Origin: Tilletiaria anomala UBC 951
Taxonomy: Eukaryota
NCBI RefSeq assembly: GCF_000711695.1
Contig: NW_013547020.1
Location: forward strand, 248,001-312,000
Direction of reading: 5' to 3'
DNA length: 64,000 nucleotides
A program made the position numbers and the translations under genes. Below the pieces are notes generated by a model that ran no database searches, was not told where the DNA came from, and saw only the letters and a program-made list of their open reading frames with translations. Below are positions 36,221 to 49,308 of the stretch, one piece after another. Position 1 is the first letter of the stretch. Each line of letters starts with the position of its first letter.

Positions 36221-38243
36221 TCAAATTTGCCCTTTAATCTGTGGGGAAGAGTGGAGAACGAATGTCAATTATACCGAACTGAATTGACCACGAATGCTGG
36301 GACAGGCACGCACATCAACCTTCCGATGTTGCGCAGCTGCTGCTGTCAAAGCCGGAAGCGCAGCCTTGGCATCCCATTTGCGCTGATTAAGTGGAATGCG
36401 CGCCGCAGCAGCAGCTTTCTTGCCTTTTGTGAATCCGCCTTGCGCCTTGGTTGAACTGGCTGCGGCGATGGCAGCTTCAACCTCGGCTGGTGTGGGTTCG
36501 ACGAGCAGGTCTGCGGAGAGAGCCTTAAGAAAGTTGAGTGCTTCTTGGGAATCTGTAAAGGCAAGCTCAGAGGTAATGAAGGATAAGGGACAATGGGGAC
36601 GGAGGCTGGATGGCGAAACAGAAGGAGCCGAAGGCTTTTAGCGTCCGCATTTCGAGCGTGGGTAAGGCAAAGCAAGGCAGCCAAAAACGGCTGTACGTAC
36701 CAGGTAGCCATGACGAGCAAGGCTCGGACCCGTTCCCGTTCGATAAAGTGGTCCATGATGTAAGAATTCATGTTTGGCGCATCGATGTAAAGCGCAAAGA
36801 ACTTGTGGTGGTTGCCCGTGACGAGTGCGCTCCTAACGCTCAGCGCATGTTTGACCGCAACGTCTTGCTTGTGCTTTTCTTCCAACTCCGTCATGAGCGA
36901 GTTGACTTCTCGTCTGTTGCGCGTATGCAGGAGGTAGAGGATGCGATAAGCTAGAAACTCCATCAAGCAGCCGGGAAGTTTGTACGCGTAGAGAAGCCGG
37001 AGCTGCGATTGACACTGATTGTACTCTCCCAGATCACCCTTCTCTAGCGCGATGCGGGCGTGGATTTCATATACCTTGACCGTGAATGGGTTCTTAATTC
37101 GCTGCACCTGAAATAGCAGTACGTAGGTTGTTTGCGTCAGCCCACCTATCCAGCTGTCGAGCGCATACGCTTTAAAATTAGAAGACTCGACTCACTGTGA
37201 GATCTTGTCGCATGCTCTTGAACTGATCGCAGATGTATGCGTAATTCTGCTCCCTTCGCCATTTCTTCTTGAGCAGCTCGAGAGTTTGTTCCAGCACAGG
37301 AAGTGGCCGTACAGTTTTTGGATCGGGTGCTGAAGTAAGTCTCAGATACGGCTTCTCTAGCTTGGTCGAGGTCCCCACAACTGTATGCTCGTCCCAGTCG
37401 ATCACATTCGGATCGGCAACGTCTGGATCACTAAAGGTTGGCATCCCTGCCCCCATGGAAATCCCTGCAGGTGCACGCTTGTTGTTTGCCAGTGGCACGG
37501 GCGGCGGGGCAGGTGAGCCTCGAATCCCCGGAGTTAGACAGATCCTATTGCCAAGCAGAGGGGGCCCAAGTAGTGGAGGTGGCATCGGCGCCGCGCCTGC
37601 TGACCAAACCCACGGCTGTGGTGGGCCAACAGGTGACGGTGGTACATGCTGACCTAGTAAAGCCGAAGGGCCGGCCAAAGACGACGCATATGGTTGGGCA
37701 TGCCCAATGGCAACACGTGCAGTTGCCCTCAGTGCCATTTCCTCTTCTCTCTGTCGTTGCAATTCATCATTCTCAAAACGTCTCGCTCGCTTTTCCCTTC
37801 GACTCTGCTCCTCCAAGCTCAGTCCGTTGCTCGACGAGGCTGCTGGCGACGCCGCAGCTGAGCGCTTCTTGACCTGCGTTAGCTTTTTCTTTTTCAGGCT
37901 AAGCCAAGTAGGATGATTGTATGTATCGGTCATCAAGCTCGCTGGGTATGGTCAAGCAAGATATGCGCATACTCACCTGGAAAGCTCTACACGGCCCCAG
38001 TCGGTGGTGTGGATTGTCCCTTCTTGAAAGGATTTAAAGATCAGCGCTTTCAGCTCCTCACTGACAACCGCCCGGTTCGAGTCTGTACATGCTGCAAATG
38101 TTCGATTGGCAAAGTCTCTGCGGGGGGTACGCAGGGCGCGTTTCACTTGAAGTCAGCACAACATATTGCATCCAAGGATGAGGCTGTTGGTTCAGAGCGT
38201 GATCTCACTTGAGACTTTGCGGCCATTCAGAGCGGCTGCCCAT
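36221..38243 (-). CDS. THP3: SAC3/GANP/THP3 (LENG8-like) PCI-domain protein
   Basis: MGSRSEWPQSLKDFANR..TTDW; VVGTSTKLEKPYLRLTSAPDPKTVRP; YICDQFKSMRQDLTVQRI; VYEIHARIALEKGDLGEYNQCQ; ends KVDIKGQI. Five introns. Confidence 0.92.
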
Positions 38244-38723
38244 GGTGATTGTGTGCCTACCGATCTGGTACACCTGGAGGCTTTGTTCTGCGTCCTAACT
38301 ATGGATGCTGGGTGCTGCTCCTTGGCGATCTACTCGTGACGAAAGAAAGATCGGAACATCGCCGTGTACATCACTTCGTAATGCATCCGTCCATGAATAA
38401 GATGGCAAGAGGGTCAAAGCCAGCAAGCAGAGCTATGATGCTACGCACATACCCGAGGCTGGCTTTGCTATGCGCTGTCGCTTACTCGCTCCACCGACGG
38501 CGGAACCGGGAACCAAAGACGAAGAGGCAAAGTCAGCGTTGAACGGACAAAAGCCAACCCGAGACTTGACCGTACGAATACACACCTCTGCATCTCCACC
38601 ATCCGAAAGCTTTGCAGCACGACACACGAGGAGAGGATCGCCAGGGCAATCATCCCAGTCACAGGCACAGGCTGCGCTTCCCCCACTGCATTGCAGAGGA
38701 GCGCGGAACAAAACGTCGACGCG

Positions 38724-39794
38724 ATGAGTGCATCGTCATCGGCGCGGAAGTTCAAGGTCATTGTGCCATGTACCTCCTCAAACATCGGGCCCGGCTTTGA
38801 CGTCGTTGGCCTATCCCTGTCACTCTACCTGACCCTGTCGGTCACCGTAGATCCATCAGCATCGAACCGAGCGCCAACATTGGCATACACAGGGGAAGGC
38901 GCCGCGGAAGCACCTCTAGATCCATATAAGAACCTCACCACGCGGACGGCACTATACGTCCTCCGGTGCAACGGCGTGGGTAGCTTCCCACATGGTGTCT
39001 CGATACAGGTCCACAATGAAGTGCCTTTTGGACGAGGATTGGGAAGCTCCGGTGCGGCTGTCATCGCTGGAATTCTGCTCGGTGACGCGCTAGGGAAGTT
39101 GGAGCTCCCCAAGGAGAGACTGCTCGACCACGCGCTCATGATCGAGCGCCATCCGGACAACGTCACCGCGGCTCTGATTGGCGGATTCGTTGGATCGTAC
39201 CTGCTCGAGTTGTCGCCAGAAGAAACAGAGGCAAAGGACGTGCCGCTTTCCGAAGTTCTGCCCGAGTACCCACCGGACGCCGGGGAAGAATGGGGCAAAG
39301 ACCCACCCACACCGCCGCATGGCATCGGGCACTTCATCCGCTTCGGCTGGGCAAAAGAGATCAAGGTCATCGCCATCATTCCGCAATTCGAAGTCAGCAC
39401 TGCTAAAGCAAGAAGCGCACTGCCGAAGCAGTACTCGCTCAAGGACCTCGTGTTCAACCTGCAACGCTTGGCAGTGCTCACAACGGCGCTGGCACGCTCG
39501 CCACCGGACGAATACCTCATCTTCCAGGCCATGCAAGACCGCGTCCACCAGCCGTACCGCAAGCACCTCATCCCGGGCCTTCCACGCATCCTTGCATCCG
39601 TCACGCCGCAGTCACACCCCGGCCTTCTCGGCATCTGTCTCTCAGGAGCAGGCCCTACCATCCTGGCGCTGTCGCTCAACAACCAAGAAGCTATCGCTGA
39701 GACCATTTGCGACGAGTTCAAGAAGGAGAACATCGATTGCAAAGTGCGCTTCCTAGAAGTGTCCACCGAGGGTGCGCAGGTTGTGGAAGAGTAA
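38724..39794 (+). CDS. THR1: Homoserine kinase
   Basis: Intronless. PCTSSNIGPGFD, GHMP motif PFGRGLGSSGAA, ERHPDN, DRVHQPYR, LSGAGPT. Confidence 0.96.
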   Translation: MSASSSARKFKVIVPCTSSNIGPGFDVVGLSLSLYLTLSVTVDPSASNRAPTLAYTGEGAAEAPLDPYKNLTTRTALYVLRCNGVGSFPHGVSIQVHNEVPFGRGLGSSGAAVIAGILLGDALGKLELPKERLLDHALMIERHPDNVTAALIGGFVGSYLLELSPEETEAKDVPLSEVLPEYPPDAGEEWGKDPPTPPHGIGHFIRFGWAKEIKVIAIIPQFEVSTAKARSALPKQYSLKDLVFNLQRLAVLTTALARSPPDEYLIFQAMQDRVHQPYRKHLIPGLPRILASVTPQSHPGLLGICLSGAGPTILALSLNNQEAIAETICDEFKKENIDCKVRFLEVSTEGAQVVEE

Positions 39795-40030
39795 ACATGG
39801 GCACCGCAGCTCGACTCTGCAAGAAAAGAACAGCGAATCGCTGATGAAAGGGCAAATGTGTGGGGGCAAAGGGCTTGCAGCACCAAATGTGTTCTACTCC
39901 GCTGCAGGAAGAAAGGATTCCTGGTGAATGGGTATGAGTGTATGCATGCGTATTACAATTAATGTGATTATAACTTGGGCGTGCAATAAAAAGCCGGCCG
40001 TGGCCATTCCAAAGCATACTCATTTACCTC

Positions 40031-42841
40031 TCACTTGACCCCACGAACGGTGATGACACCTCTATGATGATCCACGTCGTACTTCCACCCTTCTCTGTCG
40101 AGCATCTTGATCACGGCAGGTTTGATAACCGCGATATTCCGCGGCGAGTGCCGTCCCACGCCCGTGATGACGTGCAGCGGACCGAGGTATGCCAAGCCTG
40201 AGCTGACATGCGAAGGGCGCGAGTACCACTCGTTAACGCATTCCTTGGTCACGCTGAGCGCTTCATGCACCGTCAAGTCGTGCAGATCGATCGTGTTGTC
40301 CCTTGCACGCCCCGCCGCGAATCCTCCATCTGCATCTGCTGCTGATCGATGGCGGCCAGACTCCACACCGAGGCGGTGGGCGCGCCGCTCCTCTACAAGC
40401 GCCTGAGCTGCGCGCATGCTCCATGCGCGCGCTTTCGCATCAAGGCGCCGCGCTTCGTCTGCATAGTACCACGCCACACCGCTCCGCGCCTGCGCGCCGA
40501 TGCCGGATCGCCACGCAGCAGCGGCGCTCCGCAGTGCCTCTGCGCGGCGCGCGCGATACTCGTTGGCCATGAGCCGGGAATCACTGTACGCTAAGCCAGT
40601 GCCCGCATTCGAGCTCTTGCCAGCCCTCGAGGACGCCAGACGCCATTCGGCTTCCTCCTCCGCTGCGGTGCACACGCGCGCGGCGGAGGCGGGTAGGACG
40701 ACGGCATCGCTGGCAAGTTTCGCAGCAGCCTGCGCGGCAGCTCGCTGTCGCACCGAAAGCGGCCGACTCGCGGCGCCTGCGTAGCCTGATCCTGATCCTC
40801 CGCTCCATGCAGCGTGTCCACCTGCACCGCTCTCGCCTGGCTTGAGGTAATATTGCTCGCCGCGCGAGAAGCGCCCTTCGCTCGACGCAGCGACAGCCGT
40901 GTAACCAGTGACGCCAGAGGAGGCATCACTTCTGATAGTGAGCCTGCCAAGCGGGTCCATCACGTCCAGCAGCGAAGAAGAGTTGTCCAGCATTGCACTC
41001 TGGACGACAGCCTGCAGCTGGATCAGATCGATCGCCGCGTCCTGCCTACCTTTGGTCGCGCAGAATGCTTTGGAAGCATGTGCGAACGACGTCCCCGTCA
41101 AGGTCGCGATGCCCTCTGCGATTGAGATGGAATGATTCGCCGCCTCGACCGGGGCTCCCTTGGAGGGAGGGGCAGCATCCAGGCTCGCGAGGCCGAGCGG
41201 CGCGTTCTGCTCAGCGGTGGCGTGCACGAGGCGATTGAAAGCGTGTACAAGGTTGAAATCTGCGCTGTTGTACGCTGCCGTGACCTTGGACATGTCCATG
41301 TTGAGCAAGGTTGACAGCTGCGCAAGGACAGAAGATGCAAGGAGCCACCGGTTGTCGTTCACTGCCTTGTCATCGTCTGGATCGCGTGTGCGTTCGCGCT
41401 CGATCTGCGCCAGCCTTCGCGCATACTCTTCGTCCGTCTCGCCGAAGAGCGCCTCGTCACCTCTCTCTCCTTCAGCAACGCCTCCATTGATTGCAAATTT
41501 TGATTGACGTCCATTGACCAGCGGGGAGGATGTGCTGTTACTTGACACTTTTTTGAAGCGCTGGTCTTTGACTGCCCCGCCGTGGCGCACGTCAGTAAGG
41601 TTGATCTTGACTTGCTGTGCGCGTCTAGATGCTGCGTGTTGCCCACCGGCATGACCACCACCATGATTCTTAACAGAGACATTTGTCATGGCAGGTGTCG
41701 CGCCAATGCCACGTCCAAGTGCCGGCAGCCCCGCTTTGAGCCTTCTCTGGTCTTCCTGCAGTCTCTTTCGAGCCGCTTTGCTCTTTTTGCCTTTGAGTGA
41801 TGCCTTCTCGTCTCCAAACTGGAGGACATCGTCTTTCAGCCCGCCATCCTGCACGTCTTCCGCCCTCGTGGAGCCAGTCAGGTCACTGAGGTCGCCAATG
41901 GACGAGGACAAAATACTGCTCCCCGTCCCTGCCGCCACATTTAGATGCAATTCGGATCTGCTGAGTATAGTGGCAGAGGATGCGAATTCAGCCTCCTCGG
42001 CTTCTGCCAGGTCGATGGTTATAAGCGTGTCAAGTGCAAGAGAGATGTTGCCATCGCAATCGCCGAAGAGGATCCCGGTGAGGAACTCTGGCGTTCGTGC
42101 TGGGAATGCATGTTGAAGGAATGTCAGCGGCGCCACGTCTTCATCCAAGCCAGAGACCACCAAATCGGACGGGTCTGCCTTGGCTGGCTTTCCAACATCT
42201 TCTTCCTCATCGGTCAGGTTCAAAAGCTCATTGTCGAGATGCGAATGGGCGTCGCGACCTTGCGCTGAACGCCCTTGCGACTGCTGGCGGGCCCATTCGT
42301 CTAGCACCTGCTTGACACAAAGTTCGGATGCACTCGATTCCTCGGATGCCAAGTGCAATGAAACAGTCTCTTTTGGTGTATTTGACGCGTCCTTGACTTC
42401 CCGCGGCGGTTGTGCAGCGACCTTAAGCTTGTCCGACAAGGCCGCCTTGCCTCTTCTTTGGCGATGGTGGCCTTTTGCGCAGGTATTCGGTGAATCGGGC
42501 GTGAGGTGATGCTCAGTGGGCGTAATATTAGCTGCACTCGAATCTGATGAATAACCTTGTCTATCTGGCGCTGGAAGTGATGAGTGCAAGTATGATTGTG
42601 GCTGCCGTCTGGCCTCCTCGGCCAGTGTGTTTAGGACCTCGGTTGCAGATTGCAGTGTTTGATCCGAATCACTGCATATAGCCGCGGCCAGAGCTTCGTA
42701 GAGTGGCGGGCAGAATTTCGACTGAGTTTTGGGTAATACAGTCGGAGTCGTGTCAAAGCCAGGAAATAGTGGAACTGTCTCGCCGTGAGAAGGCATGCAT
42801 GCTGCAGGACTCACTCTTAGCTGATCGTAGAGGTCAGTCAT
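40031..42841 (-). CDS. Smr-domain endonuclease with CUE-like motif (Cue2/N4BP2-like)
   Basis: Probable intron 42722-42814 gives MTDLYDQLR|SKFCPPL. CUE-like FLQHAFP; C-terminal IDLHDLTVHEAL..LHVITGVGRHS Smr signature. Confidence 0.88.
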   Translation of the reverse strand: MTDLYDQLRVSPAACMPSHGETVPLFPGFDTTPTVLPKTQSKFCPPLYEALAAAICSDSDQTLQSATEVLNTLAEEARRQPQSYLHSSLPAPDRQGYSSDSSAANITPTEHHLTPDSPNTCAKGHHRQRRGKAALSDKLKVAAQPPREVKDASNTPKETVSLHLASEESSASELCVKQVLDEWARQQSQGRSAQGRDAHSHLDNELLNLTDEEEDVGKPAKADPSDLVVSGLDEDVAPLTFLQHAFPARTPEFLTGILFGDCDGNISLALDTLITIDLAEAEEAEFASSATILSRSELHLNVAAGTGSSILSSSIGDLSDLTGSTRAEDVQDGGLKDDVLQFGDEKASLKGKKSKAARKRLQEDQRRLKAGLPALGRGIGATPAMTNVSVKNHGGGHAGGQHAASRRAQQVKINLTDVRHGGAVKDQRFKKVSSNSTSSPLVNGRQSKFAINGGVAEGERGDEALFGETDEEYARRLAQIERERTRDPDDDKAVNDNRWLLASSVLAQLSTLLNMDMSKVTAAYNSADFNLVHAFNRLVHATAEQNAPLGLASLDAAPPSKGAPVEAANHSISIAEGIATLTGTSFAHASKAFCATKGRQDAAIDLIQLQAVVQSAMLDNSSSLLDVMDPLGRLTIRSDASSGVTGYTAVAASSEGRFSRGEQYYLKPGESGAGGHAAWSGGSGSGYAGAASRPLSVRQRAAAQAAAKLASDAVVLPASAARVCTAAEEEAEWRLASSRAGKSSNAGTGLAYSDSRLMANEYRARRAEALRSAAAAWRSGIGAQARSGVAWYYADEARRLDAKARAWSMRAAQALVEERRAHRLGVESGRHRSAADADGGFAAGRARDNTIDLHDLTVHEALSVTKECVNEWYSRPSHVSSGLAYLGPLHVITGVGRHSPRNIAVIKPAVIKMLDREGWKYDVDHHRGVITVRGVK

Positions 42842-44918
42842 GTGGATTTTCGCATCTCCGACGAGAGGCTCTGATTGAGAGCGACCCGCCGCGACCTAAG
42901 CGATAGAACAGCCAGTCGCCCTCGACAGGACGTACAGGTGTCCTTCGTTAAAGATGTCTGCACGCAGGCGAAGCTATCGAAATCCGCGATAGGCGTCACT
43001 CATACGGGTGGGGGAGGTACAGTCATTTTTGTGTCGAATTTTGTCGAAGCAGTGGCTAGCTGTGCATGCTGGATATGGCCTTGAAGACGGTAACTAGGAC
43101 CCTCTGAACACTCTACCTTGACCCTTACGGAGGAGGTTATCTGACGTTCGAAGGGTGAGCCGCATCGCTCACAGTTGCGCAACCCTAAAGCCCACACCAA
43201 ATGTTATGATGGGCCACCCAAGAGTCGAGATGAGTGAAGAACCCCCCAAAGGCATCATATCTTTGTTGCGACCATCGGCGCTCACAGTGAATCAATCGTC
43301 AGAGGTGCAGAATCACTCTACAAAGGCAGGGATGATGACTCGGTTCATAGAGGTGCATATACCACAGGCGAACACGAATGATCAGAGGTGGGAGCTGTTG
43401 GATATGCCAATGGCGGAGCCCATGCCGCGGCAGGACTGAATGTCGTACCCCGGGTCTCGAGAATGCTTTCCAAAAGCAATTCGCCAAAAGAAAGTGCGGT
43501 TAGAATGCGTTTGAGCAAACTCGGCCGTTCCCCATTCGGTGGAGTAAATTACATGCAATGCTCTTCCATTTGTTCCCATTCCATTCCCTTGCTTGGGTCG
43601 GCCGGCACAGCTTTCATCACTACGCCGGATTGCGGCGAATCAGGGTCCAATGGCCAAAGTTTTTCTTCTATCAATATCAAGGAGTCTACATGACATGGTG
43701 CTACCGAAGCAGGGAATGTAGATGTTGTCTACGAGATGTTACCAGTCAAGGCTATAGGAAAGAGAGCCAAGCAGCGAGGGTGAGGGTGATGACTGGTGGA
43801 AATGCTAGCTCGATGCTACTCAGAAGGATGTGGCGAAAACATGCATGGTTGTCGTCACCCAACGACATGAATGCATGGTCACGCGATCCTTTCCATCATT
43901 GATAACAGCTTTACCCACAATATAGGTTTGCGTGGTGCGCTGCACTTGGTGCAGGCGCGGGGGGTTAGGGGGATCCGCAGTTGGCCAACATCACAACGTC
44001 CTGTCGAAAGTCGGCAGAGACTTTGGGAAGCAGCACTAGCTTTCCAAGTAAAGAGACGGAATTTGCATTCTGCACTGATGGAGGAGCTGTGCTTTCAGAA
44101 ACTGTAACATAAAGGCAAGGCGCGATGATCCATCCGTGGGGCGAAATGCATTAATTAGGTGGGGCACAATTTGCTGCTTCAGCTCAAGGATGCGCCTGAA
44201 TCCAACTGGATGGCTCTATGAAAGTAGATCAGTACAACCTATGGGCCCCTGCCATGGCTTCGATGAGCTTCCACGTCCCAAAGTAGTGACAATGTCGAGC
44301 CTTGGAACCTTGTAGAAAGCTGGAACCTGACAGACGTGCGGCTTTGGGATCAATGAAGAAGACGAATAGTCAATAAGACTCGCATCGGTGCCACTCCGAG
44401 AAAGTCCTTGCCAAGCCGTCCAAATCGCGTGTGTTACACAATAGGAGCAGGCGAGGAAGGGCTATCGTAGAGTGCAAAGGCCAAATAGGCAATATGAACC
44501 TTGTACAAGGTGAAGGCAGGGAAGTTGGAAGTGAAGCAGTGAAGCCGTAAGTGCAAGGTTGCTGGGGCGCGTACTCTGTGAGGAGGCGCCACAGGTTCGA
44601 GCGGAACGGGGCTGTAGCCTTTTCCAAGTGCCACCAGAGGCGCACCACACAAACCTATATTGTGGGCAAATCAACAACCTCACTCCCTCCGTCTCGCCTC
44701 TGCTTGATACCCCCCGACGAGATCGACATAAGGATTGGGTGACCATTACACATAGCTCATACGTGTCACTTTCGCATTTCTAACGGCTGCAGAAAGGAGC
44801 AAGCCCTTGGCTGGGAAAGACGGGACGGACGCTCACGCCAACCTACACGCCCCATCGGACGACAGACAGGCCTACCACACTACAAAGCATCGCTGCCTCG
44901 CGTGATCCCTTTGCCGCC

Positions 44919-45933
<1,015 letters not shown>

Positions 45934-46334
45934 TGTTGCTGCATCTCCACAGTTGCCCGTTCTACAGAGGCGCAGTTCTCGGATCGCTAGAGGGGAAGGG
46001 AGGCGTGTTTTTCTGTGCTGTAATACCATATTCTTCCTTGTTTGTTTTGCAACGAATCGCAAGCCAGGCCCGAACCTTCCCAGCATTCCCAGGCGCATAC
46101 ATCCCTTCCCAACGCACCGCATCGCATCTCTCCCCTGTGCCCTCTGGCCGTGCTGTGATCTCAATTGCGTTGATTTGCTCTGCTACTATGATACAGCTGA
46201 TAGGGAAGATGCAAATGCAGCATATGTAAATGGCTCTACTACGGTCTCTAAGGATGCACGAGAGTTGCTTGGAATGTGGTGACGCGGGGTGGAGCAGCAT
46301 GCAATAAACAGTAGGCTCGCAGCCAAGATAAAGA

Positions 46335-48390
46335 TCAATGCGAATGACTGCCGATCAAGATCTGTAGCGTCTTGGGTATCACGGCACCCAGCAGAAGAAC
46401 GACGATGCGCAAGCGCTTGGGCACCCAGTCGCGTTCGTCTCTTTCGTCGCCTTCATTGTCGCCGATGTTGTTCGCGTCGCCATCTTCATCGTCTCCCAGC
46501 GCGAGAGCCCGCGTGCTGGCGTACTCATGCTCGCCGTGCGAGCCACTGCGATCCACATGTGGCATGGCTGCATCCCGCTGCCGCAGCCGCCGCGGCCGCA
46601 GTCCTTCACGACGCGCGTGCCGATGCGTGGGAGGAGCAGAAGAGGATGAAGCACCGCCTTCGCCCGCATCCGGCCCGGGAAAATCGGTGACATCTTCGAG
46701 CGCGTGCATGACCACGTACAGAAATGTGCCTCCCGAGAAAGTGAGCGCTGCGCCAATGTAGATACCCGAGACTGCGCTGCTGGTGGTGCCGGCAATGCTC
46801 TGCACCCCTTCCATCATGGCTGCCGCCGGATCGCTACCAGCGACCACTATTTGTGTGACGCGGAAGAACAGCGAGAGGATGAGGTAGGCTTCGGGATAAG
46901 TGTGTGAGCGTTCACCGAAGAGTCAGCAAGAAGCCACGCGATGCAGTGCTTTCGTCGCACTCACTGAGAACGGCTCCAAAAGGCGTGCACAGGCTGAAGA
47001 TGGCAACTGCCTTGCGTATGTCCGTCCTGTGCAGGCGCCGCGCGAGCAGCACGCTGCACAGCCCGAAGCTCGCGGGCGCCTTGTGGATCATGAGTGCCGC
47101 GAACACGATCCACGTCAGGCTCGCATCGGCGGACGCGACGGATGCGCCCATCGCAATGCCGTCGGCGACGGCATGAATCATCAGCCCCACGATCGATGCC
47201 AGCGCCGCTTTCAACCCCTCAGATGAGTCCGAAGGGCGCAGCAGCGACGGGATGCGCCGCGAGTGCCCCAAAAGCGCCGAGGACGGCACAGCGCGCAACG
47301 TTCGCCCATGTGCATGCACATGCGGCTGTGAGGTGGATTGGGGCAGCTGCCGCTGGCCATGGCCATGGCCATGGTCAAGGATATGATCTGCCGAGTATCC
47401 TCCACTTTCGAGGTCTTTCCAAACATGACGCTCGCCGTCGCGAAGGGAAGGAGCGTCGTGATATGCAGCAGAAGTAGCGTCTCTCCCCGTTTCGTTCCCT
47501 TGCACCTCTTCATCTGCTTCTAATGAGCCGCACTCCCCGCTGCTGATGCTTCCGCCCGCCTCGGAGTGGCGAAGCGTTGCAAACGAGTGCACATGTTTCC
47601 GACCAGCAGGAACAGCTGTGACGGAGGCGGGGTCGATAAGCTCCGCGTCGCCGTTCCTTTCACCACTGTGCGATGCGTCGTTGTAGATCGAATACTGCCT
47701 GTGCATCCGGACGCTGCCTTTGGGCGTGCCAGATCGGTGGATATATGTTGCACTTCCTGACGAAGAATTTGCACATCCACCTGCACCCGCTTCTTCAGCG
47801 GGCTCATCACCCAAGGCGAGCGCCTCGTACTGCCACCGTGTCGATTGCCGCCCGCAGGGCGGGCTCGGGTCGCTGGCTTTCGACGAACATTGTTCGAGGC
47901 TTCCGGTGAGCAGTGAGAGGAAATTTCAAACGTCCGCGTGGCACAGTGTCAGATAAAGATGGTATATGGACTGTGCATCCACTCACAGGAACATGAGAAA
48001 AAAGCCTGCGAGAAGGCAAAACCCGATGATGCTCTCTCCCCCACTGAGCGCATCCAGGAACCTCTTCCCGATCGGCACGTCCGCCGCATTCGAAGGAGCA
48101 TGGCGCCGATGGTGACGACCCCATGACACGGAGTGTCCCAATCCGGTATCAAGAGTCCGATGTAGCTGCTCCTGTTCTTCCTGCATCTGTATTTCAGCGC
48201 GAAGTACTGCGCCGACCCCCTCGGGTATGACGAGCGTCAAGCAACTACCGAGCAGCAGGCCAGCGCCTAGAAGCTCAACGTAGCGGAGGCTCTTGCGCGA
48301 GAGCGGCAGGATGAGGGGCATTTGGCCAAAAATGAAGGTGCCAATGGCAAGGGACGAGACGAGCAGGATCAGCTGGATGAAAGACTGCAT
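46335..48390 (-). CDS. ZIP-family metal transporter (ZIP9/Atx2-like)
   Basis: GAGLLLGSCLTLVIPEG, long His-containing loop, GLMIHAVADGIAMG, ALMIHKAPASFGL, FSGGTFLYVVMH; two introns. Confidence 0.92.
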
Positions 48391-49308
48391 CTTGAGTTCC
48401 CTTGGGCTTGTTGTGTCACGCCGAGCCACACCTTGCCGTGCTGCGCCTCAGTGACCGATTACCTTCACGACAAAGCGAGTAGAATGGGACAGTGCATCGT
48501 GGTCCTGCATTCAACGCACTTCGAGGCGAGTTCGGCCGAACTCCAATTCAGCGCTTGGGCGCTCCCTTTGTTAGTTTCCGGAGCTGCCAGGGCAGAAGGG
48601 TTGGCGAATCAGACCGTGTCGCTTTCTCAAGCACCCCTGGCTCCCAAACACACAAGCCGCCAAGGTTCGCGTCGAGGATAGATCAGGGCAACTTGAAGGT
48701 GTGCATGGATACGGGCAGGCCGCTGGCGGCGTCTCGCTTTGGACTTATCCAAAGGTTGTTTGGAACGAGATGCCAGAGATGGTGTGAAGGAACAGGTCAC
48801 GTGACCATGGATTCAGCACTGTTGAGGCATGGCCTCTTCAGCCCATCCACCAGCGTCCTCGCCCCTCTTATCACTCATCATCGGCTATGCTGTATGTGCA
48901 CACCCGTATGCTCCTCAGCCTTTAAAGGATTTAACCAATATCCTTGCCTTTGTAGTATGCTTCTGCACCTCTGCGGATGGGCCCTCTGGTAGACCACTGT
49001 CGCAACAAGGCAACAGCCAGTGAGAGACGAGGCGAGCGCAGACTACAGTTAGCCTTGTAATGCAAATAGGCGCAGTGCCATCCTTCCCAGCCAACACCCC
49101 CCCCCAAAATGGTCCGAGTAGGGTTGCACCCCCCTTCCCAAAATATAAAGAATCTGCTGATTGTGTGATCGAGACACTTCCAGCCGTCGTCTGTGGTTGT
49201 GCACATGCAACAAGGTCGTTGTGCGGATCGATGGGCGTAGCATACGCAAGCAAGGACAGGAGCAAAGAGGCTAGCTAAGCAGAGGAGACGCTGGACAGCC
49301 GGAGAATC

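Noticed and set aside
38825..39886. 353-aa antisense ORF over THR1
   Set aside because: Shadow ORF produced by GC-biased codon usage of the sense gene; no ATG context or motifs.
42900..44850. 2-kb intergenic region with short ORFs
   Set aside because: No recognisable domain or consistent exon chain.
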